Shown here: in pieces, positions 1 through 7,080 of the stretch | How the letters are laid out: the number at the start of each line of letters is the position of its first letter | Position numbering within the stretch: the first letter of the stretch is position 1 | NCBI GenBank assembly: GCA_949440065.1 | Contig: CASRZP010000002.1 | Coordinates: forward strand, 1-38,984 | Length of the DNA: 38,984 nt | Direction: 5' to 3' | Origin: an uncultured Bacilli bacterium | GTDB lineage: Bacteria; Bacillota_I; Bacilli_A; RF39; UBA660 | Made by a program: the position numbers and the translations under genes | Notes under the pieces: generated by a model | What the model was told of the DNA's origin: nothing | What the model saw: only the letters and a program-made list of their open reading frames with translations | The model's database searches: none

Positions 1-35
1 TTGACGTGCAGGTTCAACTCCTGTTACTCGCACCA
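1..35 (+). tRNA. 3' end of a tRNA gene cut by the window edge (T-arm, acceptor 3' strand, encoded CCA); probably a long-variable-arm tRNA, possibly tRNA-Leu
   Basis: T-arm GCAGG-TTCAACT-CCTGT at 8-24, acceptor strand TACTCGC, discriminator A, CCA at 33-35. The preceding TTGACGTG resembles the end of a class II variable arm. A hairpin terminator follows. Confidence 0.6.
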
Positions 36-49
36 TTTGAATTTTATGG

Positions 50-75
50 CTCATATTAATAGTATGAGTTTTTTC
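50..75 (+). terminator. Rho-independent terminator after the tRNA
   Basis: CTCATA-ttaatag-TATGAG hairpin followed by TTTTTT. Confidence 0.7.
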
Positions 76-131
76 TTTTGAAACTTTAGTACACATGTGT
101 TAAACTAAATTTGAAGGAAGGAAAAGAGTAT

Positions 132-389
132 ATGAAACAAAGAATAGTAAAACCATTTACGATATGGAGACATTTTAAAGGAGCAAGAGCCATAGTAATT
201 GCAGTTGCTACCCATAGTGAAACCAAAGAAAAACTAGTGGTTTAACGTTGCATAGATAATAACGGAAATACTAATCATTCTGATGGAATTTATGCTAGAC
301 CACTAGAAATGTTTTTATCCGAAGTAGATCATGAAAAATATAAAGAAGTAACCCAAAAATATCGTTTTGAAGAAATCATTGATGAATAA
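132..389 (+). pseudogene. DUF1653-family small protein interrupted by a single in-frame TAA at 243-245
   Basis: RBS GAAGGAAGGAAAAGAG upstream of ATG 132. Translation is [84 protein letters not shown]. The HFKG...HSET.E.LVVY...[17 protein letters not shown] pattern is typical of DUF1653, and the stop sits where a conserved Tyr codon is expected. Missing from the ORF track because both halves are under 60 aa. Confidence 0.7.
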
Positions 390-391
390 AA

Positions 392-418
392 GAGCTCCGT
401 TTAAAGTGGAGCTTTTCA
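392..418 (+). terminator. Rho-independent terminator
   Basis: AGCTCC-gtttaaagt-GGAGCT hairpin followed by TTTT. Confidence 0.65.
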
Positions 419-529
419 TGCTAAAAACAAAAGTAAAGTTGTGTCAAAAGTGTATTCTATAGAAAAAATATCCTTTATAATGAATATAAACGATGAACAA
501 TCTTAAGAAATGTAAAGGAGAAAATTTAA

Positions 530-1819
530 ATGAGAGTAGTATTAGACAAAGAAAATCGATTTGTTACTGAGGATGGTAAACTAGATTTAAAACGTGAGTT
601 TATCTATAGTGGAATAAAAGCAGCATGGTGTTATAAAAAAGGAACAGCAACACCAGAAGATATTCGAGCAACCTCCGAAGAAAGTCTCATTCGTATGGGA
701 ATTAATACTTTTTTAAGTGACCATGGAACACCAGATGAACATGATCAAATTTCAGTAGAGGTAACAGGTATCCCTAAACTATTATGTATGATTTTAAATG
801 ATGAACACCAATATACCACTTGCGAGAGGTCACTTCGTTATACCAAAGTGTTACCTAGTGAATATATTAGCGATTTAGAAGTAAAAAAATACAACAAATG
901 GTGTAACATTTATACCAGCATGTTTGAAACACAGTATAAAGATTGGTTTTTAAAAGTGAATCAAAATGATATCAAATTAGCCAAAAAAGATATGCAAAAA
1001 AAAGCTCAAGAGAATGCCCGCAACTTTGTTAGTATCTTAACACCAACATCAATTGCTTATTCAGCCCCATTTTACCAATGGCAAAAAATTGCAACTTTTC
1101 TTAAAGACATGATTAAAAATCCTAGAACCCCTTTAGAAAAATTAGCACTACCTTATGCTAAAGATTTTATAAAACAACTACTAGAGTTAAAAATTGTTGT
1201 CACAACGAAAGATGCCATAGAAATTTATCCTCCATTAAAAGATGACATCAAAGACAATCGTGAATGGCTTTATCGCAATAATAAAGGAATTAAACTTAGT
1301 TTATTTGCATCGAATAACCCTTTTAGTGGAATACATAGACCTAATGAATTTTCTACCGTAGTAAATTACAATAGCGAAATGTCATTTTCTGCCTTTGCTC
1401 AAGCGCAAAGACATCGTACTACTGATTTTGAATGTGAACTATTAGATGAATATCGTTTTGTTATCCCTCCCATCATTAAAGGAACAACTTATGAAAAAGA
1501 ATACATTAGCGATATGATGGAAGTAAAAAAACTATATCCACAAGGACAATTGATCCAAGTGAATTTAAATAGTAGCTTAAAAAATATCATCAACTTTATG
1601 GGACAAGAGCGTGCCTGCGAACTAGCTCAACAAGAAATTGAAAATTGGTATGTGAATCAATTACTACCTGATGTTGTAGAAGGACTATCCCAAAAAGAGG
1701 CTTACCAAGAAGAATATAAAATTCTTACTAAACAATATCTTAATCGTTGCCGTTGTGCTTATCCAAATTACCATTGCCCTAGACCTTGTGGACACCCGAG
1801 AACAACTAGACCATTCTAA
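530..1819 (+). CDS. ThyX-like (FAD-dependent thymidylate synthase family) protein, unusually long and divergent, with a Cys/Pro-rich C-terminal tail
   Basis: RBS AAAGGAG before the ATG. ThyX-like motifs are HGTPDEH, ERSLRY (the S-x-RY motif), AQENARNF, QRHRT and ELAQQEIENW (cf. AQWEIR). At 429 aa it is about twice the usual ThyX length. The tail reads RCRCAYPNYHCPRPCGHPR. Confidence 0.5.
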   Translation: MRVVLDKENRFVTEDGKLDLKREFIYSGIKAAWCYKKGTATPEDIRATSEESLIRMGINTFLSDHGTPDEHDQISVEVTGIPKLLCMILNDEHQYTTCERSLRYTKVLPSEYISDLEVKKYNKWCNIYTSMFETQYKDWFLKVNQNDIKLAKKDMQKKAQENARNFVSILTPTSIAYSAPFYQWQKIATFLKDMIKNPRTPLEKLALPYAKDFIKQLLELKIVVTTKDAIEIYPPLKDDIKDNREWLYRNNKGIKLSLFASNNPFSGIHRPNEFSTVVNYNSEMSFSAFAQAQRHRTTDFECELLDEYRFVIPPIIKGTTYEKEYISDMMEVKKLYPQGQLIQVNLNSSLKNIINFMGQERACELAQQEIENWYVNQLLPDVVEGLSQKEAYQEEYKILTKQYLNRCRCAYPNYHCPRPCGHPRTTRPF

Positions 1820-1849
1820 AATAAAAAAGCTTTTCCTAGTGAAGAGCTT

Positions 1850-2521
1850 TTACTTTACCAACGCATAATTATTGACAATAAAATACAAAAGAGGGGAGTC
1901 AATGACTTCTTTTAATCTTACTTTTAAATCTTCTATCATTTTTTGATTAGAAATTTCACTAATAAACACCTTTTTACCTTCTTTGATTAACCCCTTCACA
2001 TAATCTTCTCTTACCGCGGGGTAGTCAAAAACATAAAAATCACAGTTGATATTCATTAAATAAATATCCTTAGGACTAACACATATGCCACAATTTAGTT
2101 TATCATCTTTTTTCTCTAACGACAAAACATCATCGGCTTGATGGGAAAATAAATAAATGGGAATATCTTGATACTTTTTCGTAATATCCATAGCATCATT
2201 AAAAAGAATATTACTATTGTCCTTAGCTAAATCATCTAATAAAACCATTTTCTTTTTATGATTACATTCATCTAAAATACAACTTAACGGTTGGGTATGA
2301 CATTTTACTAATTTACTTCCTGTATTCATATACTGTAATTGTTGATAATCATAATTTTGTGTATCATTTAATGCTTGCATCACCACTTGATTATCTTTGG
2401 TTAAGCCAAGGGGAATCATGAACCCTTCGACATTTTTATTTTGTAATGTTAAAAGAATAGCATCTAAAGTATTTTTCTTAATCCACTTGGTTTCAAGTCC
2501 TCCTTGAATAATAAATTGCAT
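1850..2521 (-). CDS. Glycerophosphodiester phosphodiesterase (GDPD)-like protein with substituted catalytic residues, likely a pseudoenzyme
   Basis: N-terminus IIQGGLETKWIKKNTLDAILLTLQNKNVEGFMIPLGLTKDNQVVMQA lines up with the GDPD pattern IAHRG...PENTL.AF..A...G.D.IE.DV.LTKDG..VV.HD. The His, Arg, Glu, Asp and His positions are replaced. Confidence 0.5.
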   Translation of the reverse strand: MQFIIQGGLETKWIKKNTLDAILLTLQNKNVEGFMIPLGLTKDNQVVMQALNDTQNYDYQQLQYMNTGSKLVKCHTQPLSCILDECNHKKKMVLLDDLAKDNSNILFNDAMDITKKYQDIPIYLFSHQADDVLSLEKKDDKLNCGICVSPKDIYLMNINCDFYVFDYPAVREDYVKGLIKEGKKVFISEISNQKMIEDLKVRLKEVIDSPLLYFIVNNYALVK

Positions 2522-2597
2522 AAATATAACCTCACTTTACTATATCATATGTTTTTTTCTAGATTCTGCCAAAGTGATTGTGAATGATTTCATTTGT

Positions 2598-2608
2598 ATG
2601 CTATAATA
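2598..2608 (+). promoter_or_regulatory. Extended -10 promoter element for tkt
   Basis: TGcTATAAT about 20 nt upstream of the RBS AGGAG. Confidence 0.45.
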
Positions 2609-2627
2609 CTATTAGGAGTTGATAAAC

Positions 2628-4622
2628 ATGCTTTCATTAAAAAAAGGAGATAACAAAAGTAAGGAGGAAAAAATTGTTGATCATATTCGTTCATTAAGTA
2701 TTGATATGATTAATGAAGCTTCATCTGGCCATCCTGGTATTGCTTTAGGTGCTGCACCTATTTTATATACCTTGTATGCCCATCATTTGAATTTCTCTAT
2801 TAATCAGCCTAAATGGATAAATCGTGATCGGTTCATTTTATCCGGTGGTCATGGTTCAGCTTTACTATATGCTACGTTGTTTTTTGCAGGCTTTGATATT
2901 ACTTTAGAGGATTTAAAACAATTTAGAAAGATTGATTCTATTACACCAGGTCATCCAGAGTATGGTGTTACTCCAGGTGTGGATATGTCAACTGGACCTT
3001 TAGGACAAGGCGTAGCAACTAGTGTAGGAATGGCAATGGCTGAAGAGTTTCTAGCTAGTACGTTTAACACCAAAAAAGAAGAAATATTTAACTATTATAC
3101 TTATGTGTTATGTGGTGAAGGCGATTTAATGGAAGGTGTTAGTTATGAAGCTTTATCACTAGCAGGTACCTTAAAATTACATAAATTGATTGTATTATAT
3201 GATGCAAACAATATTACTTTAGATGGCAATTTAGACTTAACCTTTCAAGAAAATGTATCTGAGAGAATGGCATCATTTGGGTTTAATGTGTTACCCATGG
3301 TTAATGGTGATGATTTAAACGCTATCGATAAAGCTATCGCAAAAGCCAAAACCTCATTAGATAAACCTAGTTTTATTCCTATAAAAACCACTATTGGAAA
3401 GTATTCTAAGTGGCAAGGAACGAACAAGGTTCATGGTACTTTGTTAGAACAAGAAGATATTACCTCGATGAAAGAAAAGTTAGAAATTCGTGATATTCCC
3501 TTTAGTGTATCCAATGAAGCGGTAATGGATATGCGTGAATGTATTCATCAACGTGGGTTAGATGAAAAATATCAAAAATGGTTAACGATGTATGAAAATC
3601 TAGAGGAAAAAACGAAAAAATTATTAGATTCTATTCAAGACTATGATGCATCTTTTGAAGTGGATGAATTATATATGGACGGAAAAGAAGAAAATATGAC
3701 ATCCCTTCGAGAGGTATCTCATAAAATGTTGAATGCTATTGCTAAGAGTAGTCCTTTCTTCCTCGGTGGTGCAAGTGATGTTGCTAGTTCAACCAAGACG
3801 TATTTAAATGATTTAGGTGACTTTTCAAGAAGTAATTATCAAGGAAAAAATATTTGGTTTGGGGTAAGAGAACATGCCATGGGTGCTATTTTAAATGGTT
3901 TAGCCTTATCTGGGCTAGCTCCCTTTGGTTCGACGTATTTAGCTTTTTCTGATTATTTAAAACCAGCATTACGCCTAGCAGCGATGATGGAACTACCCAT
4001 TACCTATGTGTTTACGCATGATTCCATTAGTGTAGGAGCAGATGGTCCAACGCATCAAGCAGTAGAACAATTAGCATCCTTAAGGGCAATTCCTAATGTA
4101 GAAGTATTTCGTCCCGCGGATGCCAATGAAGTAATCGGTGTATATCAAGCCATTTTAGCCAAGAAAAATTCTCCAAGTGTGATTGTACTTAGTCGAAACG
4201 ATGTACCTGTACAAAAAACGACAAGTATTCCATTAGTAGCAAATGGAGCATATGTTGTACGCCCTGAAGAGCGAAACTTATCTGGTGTCATTATTGCTAC
4301 AGGAGAAGAAGTGAACTTAGCAATACAAGTTGCTAATCGTTTAGTAGAAAAAGGAATCGATTTAAGAGTAGTCAGTATGGTATCGATAGAAAGATTTTTG
4401 AATCAGTCGAAGGAATATCAAGAGGAGATTTTACCAGTTGCCACTAAGACGATAGTAATTGAAGCAGCATCATCTTATTCATGGTATCGCTTTGTTTATG
4501 ATGATAAATATTTAATCACCCAGGATCATTTTGGTTATAGTGGAACTAAGGATGAAGTACTAGCAAAATGTGGCTTTGACTTTGAAAGTGTGTTAGCAAA
4601 GGTGGAAAAGTTATTTAAATAA
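2628..4622 (+). CDS. tkt: Transketolase
   Basis: Motifs SGHPG, GGHGS, GEGDLMEG, and the THDSI/GADGPTHQ region; about 664 aa. ATG 2628 sits 8 nt after AGGAG, so the TTG at 2619 in the track is probably too early. Confidence 0.95.
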   Translation: MLSLKKGDNKSKEEKIVDHIRSLSIDMINEASSGHPGIALGAAPILYTLYAHHLNFSINQPKWINRDRFILSGGHGSALLYATLFFAGFDITLEDLKQFRKIDSITPGHPEYGVTPGVDMSTGPLGQGVATSVGMAMAEEFLASTFNTKKEEIFNYYTYVLCGEGDLMEGVSYEALSLAGTLKLHKLIVLYDANNITLDGNLDLTFQENVSERMASFGFNVLPMVNGDDLNAIDKAIAKAKTSLDKPSFIPIKTTIGKYSKWQGTNKVHGTLLEQEDITSMKEKLEIRDIPFSVSNEAVMDMRECIHQRGLDEKYQKWLTMYENLEEKTKKLLDSIQDYDASFEVDELYMDGKEENMTSLREVSHKMLNAIAKSSPFFLGGASDVASSTKTYLNDLGDFSRSNYQGKNIWFGVREHAMGAILNGLALSGLAPFGSTYLAFSDYLKPALRLAAMMELPITYVFTHDSISVGADGPTHQAVEQLASLRAIPNVEVFRPADANEVIGVYQAILAKKNSPSVIVLSRNDVPVQKTTSIPLVANGAYVVRPEERNLSGVIIATGEEVNLAIQVANRLVEKGIDLRVVSMVSIERFLNQSKEYQEEILPVATKTIVIEAASSYSWYRFVYDDKYLITQDHFGYSGTKDEVLAKCGFDFESVLAKVEKLFK

Positions 4623-4675
4623 AATGTGACAAAATTCGCTTATTACATCATATATACTATCTCTTGGGTGAATTT

Positions 4676-5116
4676 ATGCGAACATTTTATATCTTTGGTA
4701 TCCAAGAAGAATTTATGAAAACGTATAAGAAGCAAAAAAATATGTTATTTAATATATTACAGCAAGTGTATTTTATGGAAAGAGAAGATGTAACTTTTGC
4801 CTATCATATTTTAAATCAATTTATTCTTCCGTTAGATAAAATTCATTTAGATAACAAAATCTTTATTGCTTTACATCGCTATGCGTATTATAAAAAACAA
4901 GAGGATATTCATTATATCAGTCAAGTGGAAACCGATGAAGTGAGTACTTTAGTGATTAAAAAGTCGATGATGAAGGTAAAAACAAATAAAGTTTATTCCA
5001 CGTTTTTTAAGGTATTTGAGGATAGTTTAGCCAATTATTTTGTTTGTGATTTTGAACAAAAGGACTATTTCTGGTTAACGGAGTTAAAATCTATTGTAGA
5101 TTTTCAAAAACAATAG
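4676..5116 (+). CDS. sirA: SirA-like protein (sporulation inhibitor of replication, YneE family)
   Basis: Sits between tkt and yneF as in B. subtilis. N-terminal Y-x-x-x-I-x-EEF...MLF.IL.Q and C-terminal FF.VF...F.CDF..K.Y.WL resemble my recollection of B. subtilis SirA. Size is about 146 aa. Confidence 0.55.
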   Translation: MRTFYIFGIQEEFMKTYKKQKNMLFNILQQVYFMEREDVTFAYHILNQFILPLDKIHLDNKIFIALHRYAYYKKQEDIHYISQVETDEVSTLVIKKSMMKVKTNKVYSTFFKVFEDSLANYFVCDFEQKDYFWLTELKSIVDFQKQ

Positions 5117-5142
5117 TAAAATAAGAAAAAAGGAGTGATTCT

Positions 5143-5352
5143 ATGTTACTAGATATTTTACAAATTTTTATTGGCGTTTTAGTTGGCGCTGTGTTAGGAT
5201 TTTTCATTTCTAAAAAGTATATGATGAAGTATTTAAAGAAAAACCCACCGATTAATGAGGAAATGATTAAAGCATTAATGATGCAAATGGGAAGAAAACC
5301 AAGTCAAAAGCAAGTGAATCAAATGATGAAATCTATGGAAAAGTATCAATAG
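5143..5352 (+). CDS. yneF: UPF0154 / YneF-family small membrane protein
   Basis: RBS AAAGGAG. One N-terminal TM segment, then [34 protein letters not shown], the typical YneF signature. Synteny with tkt and sirA. Confidence 0.85.
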   Translation: MLLDILQIFIGVLVGAVLGFFISKKYMMKYLKKNPPINEEMIKALMMQMGRKPSQKQVNQMMKSMEKYQ

Positions 5353-5371
5353 AACATAAGGAAGTATAGGC

Positions 5372-5416
5372 ATGAAAATTAACCAAATGAAAACTAGGGG
5401 GGGGGGTAACTTATAA
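5372..5416 (+). promoter_or_regulatory. Leader mini-ORF (MKINQMKTRGGGNL) containing a G10 homopolymer at 5397-5406, upstream of an exported-protein gene
   Basis: RBS AAGGAAG 7 nt before ATG 5372. The core AACTAGGGGGGGGGGTA is identical to the one at 11035-11051. A weak AAGAA/TTCTT hairpin plus T-run follows at 5445-5465. Confidence 0.45.
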
Positions 5417-5545
5417 AGTAGTACCCTTTCATATCAAGGATGAGAAGAAATTCCCATTCTTTTTATTGCTCTAAAAATAAAAAGTTTAAAAAGTGATGTA
5501 GATAAGAAAAACTATCGACAATAATGATAATAAGGAGTGATAAAA

Positions 5546-6784
5546 TTGAATAGGAAAAAGATAATTTTAATCATACTAATAGGAATTATGATATCAGGAA
5601 TAACACTAATGTATTCATCGTACACATTGTTTTCAGCAAATCAAATCAATAAGTCAGCAATTACTATTAAAGTAGGAACCATGAATGGAAAGATAGATGG
5701 TATAATAACAAATAAATTAACTCTAGAAAAAGGAAAGAAACAAACTTTTGTCGTGACTTTAGAAAACTTGAATGCCATTGAAGGAAAGTTTTTACCTTAT
5801 TATATAGGAATTATCCCTGATGAGGTAACTTTTGGATACTTAGAAGCAACAGGAGTAGATATACCTATTGAAACTAATCTTACTAAAAATGGTAAGAAAA
5901 CGTATTCTATTTATTTAGAGAATAATTCAAATTCAAGTATTACCATTAACTTAGGAGTACAAGGAGGATTAGTGAGTCAACCTTTATCCTTACCTACGAA
6001 TACACATATGATACCTCAATCAGTAGGAGAAAATAAAAATATATCTAACATTTGGAAGTATGATCAAAGATCAGGGTCAAGTACTTTCTGTGTAACGGGA
6101 GAAGAGTCCACATGCCTACCTATTAACCCAGATACCTTTGAACCAGGTACCATTATCAAATATAAAGTCAATGATACTACTGAGAAGTATTTTCATGTGA
6201 TGTTTGATAACGGGGATACCCTAACTTTACAACAAAGAGAAAATACGATATATCAAACGGCACGGTATAAAGAAAGTAATGATAATACACAAGGACCAAC
6301 AACTATTTTACGAGTGTTAGAAAATGCCCCAGCAAATTGGATGAATGTAAATAATCAGACATATACACTAGGCTTAACAATATTTAAAGATAACGCTTTT
6401 ACTGGATGTACATATGATGAAATAACTGATAAGTTTACATGTGTTACAAATATCTATACTATGGGAGAAAGAACAGGAAAATCACGAATGATTACTGTAC
6501 AAGAGGCTCATGCATTAGGATGTTTAGGGTTTGAAAGTGATAGATCAACAACTGGAACATGTCCTATATGGATGTATAATTATTTATATAATTCTAAATT
6601 ATACGGAGGAACAGTAAGCCAAAGAGGAGAAGAATTCGGAAGCGATTATGGTTATTGGACGATGAATGCATATATATCTGATTCAACTAGAGCTTATTGT
6701 GTATACGACACTGGGCGTATAGGAAATCAACCTACGAGTGTTAGTAGCGAAGGTGGTAGAGCTGTTATTATGATTAAAAAATAA
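5546..6784 (+). CDS. Exported protein with a TasA/SipW-type N-terminal signal-anchor and a Cys-containing C-terminal domain; function unknown
   Basis: TTG 5546 sits 8 nt after AAGGAG, whereas the track's GTG 5537 overlaps the RBS. N-terminus is MNRKKIILIILIGIMISGITLMYSSYTLFSAN. The C-terminal GYWTMNA...V.D.G.I.......GGRAVIMI pattern is seen in Firmicute surface-protein C-terminal domains. Confidence 0.6.
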   Translation: MNRKKIILIILIGIMISGITLMYSSYTLFSANQINKSAITIKVGTMNGKIDGIITNKLTLEKGKKQTFVVTLENLNAIEGKFLPYYIGIIPDEVTFGYLEATGVDIPIETNLTKNGKKTYSIYLENNSNSSITINLGVQGGLVSQPLSLPTNTHMIPQSVGENKNISNIWKYDQRSGSSTFCVTGEESTCLPINPDTFEPGTIIKYKVNDTTEKYFHVMFDNGDTLTLQQRENTIYQTARYKESNDNTQGPTTILRVLENAPANWMNVNNQTYTLGLTIFKDNAFTGCTYDEITDKFTCVTNIYTMGERTGKSRMITVQEAHALGCLGFESDRSTTGTCPIWMYNYLYNSKLYGGTVSQRGEEFGSDYGYWTMNAYISDSTRAYCVYDTGRIGNQPTSVSSEGGRAVIMIKK

Positions 6785-6805
6785 TATAGATTCGTTGATT
6801 TTCTA

Positions 6806-6834
6806 TTGAAAAAATTTTCGTTATCCTATATAAT
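6806..6834 (+). promoter_or_regulatory. Sigma-A-type promoter for the T-box leader and aaRS operon
   Basis: TTGAAA (6806-6811), 17-nt spacer, TATAAT (6829-6834). Confidence 0.7.
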
Positions 6835-6840
6835 AACCTT

Positions 6841-7058
6841 AACAACAAAGCAGAAGTTGAGGAGTATGATTATTTCTTTTACTAGAGAGTCCATGGTTGG
6901 TGGAAATGGATGAAAGAGTAATTTGAAGGTAGCAACGGAGTGGTTTATTGAAATTCTTAGTAGATAAACACGTTTTCTCGCGTTAAGAGGGTAAAGATAC
7001 AAACTAAGGTGGTACCACGAATTTTGTTTCGTCCTTATGATTTGTGTCTTTTTATTTC
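6841..7058 (+). promoter_or_regulatory. T-box riboswitch leader; candidate specifier GUA (Val) at 6929-6931
   Basis: AGTA (5' S-turn), AGAGAG bay, GGTGGAA distal loop, specifier-loop GAAGGTAG at 6925-6932, and T-box sequence AGGTGGTACCACGA at 7007-7020. Terminator helix AAAGATACAAA (6994-7004) pairs with TTTGTGTCTTT (7041-7051), followed by a T-run. Confidence 0.85.
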
Positions 7059-7080
7059 AAAAAGAAAGGATTTGGTATAT

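Noticed and set aside
243-245. Stop-codon reassignment or readthrough as the explanation for the in-frame TAA in the DUF1653 gene
   Set aside because: TAA, TAG and TGA all serve as ordinary terminators of well-supported genes in this window, so a simple nonsense mutation or sequencing error is more parsimonious.
3245-3427. Short ORFs from the track that lie wholly inside, or overlap most of, better-supported genes, mostly antisense. The set is 3245-3427, 7160-7375, 7668-7856, 9017-9211, 9204-9422, 12603-12800, 13909-14106, 17010-17207, 21307-21504, 22748-22969, 23408-23674, 26997-27281, 27345-27548, 30123-30305, 31708-31896, 32411-32608, 35818-36060 and 37064-37330.
   Set aside because: Each overlaps a longer ORF with clear family motifs and an RBS. 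They lack RBSs and have low-complexity or hydrophobic translations typical of antisense frames in AT-rich DNA.
6928-6930. GGU (glycine) as the T-box specifier
   Set aside because: The downstream enzyme is a class I HIGH/KMSKS synthetase with ValRS-like motifs, not GlyRS. GUA one nucleotide downstream fits. It is kept as an open point in the findings.
7009-7080. Upstream GTG start proposed by the track for the aaRS gene
   Set aside because: It would start inside the T-box sequence and terminator helix. ATG 7081 has an RBS and gives the normal N-terminus (MLDKKYN...).
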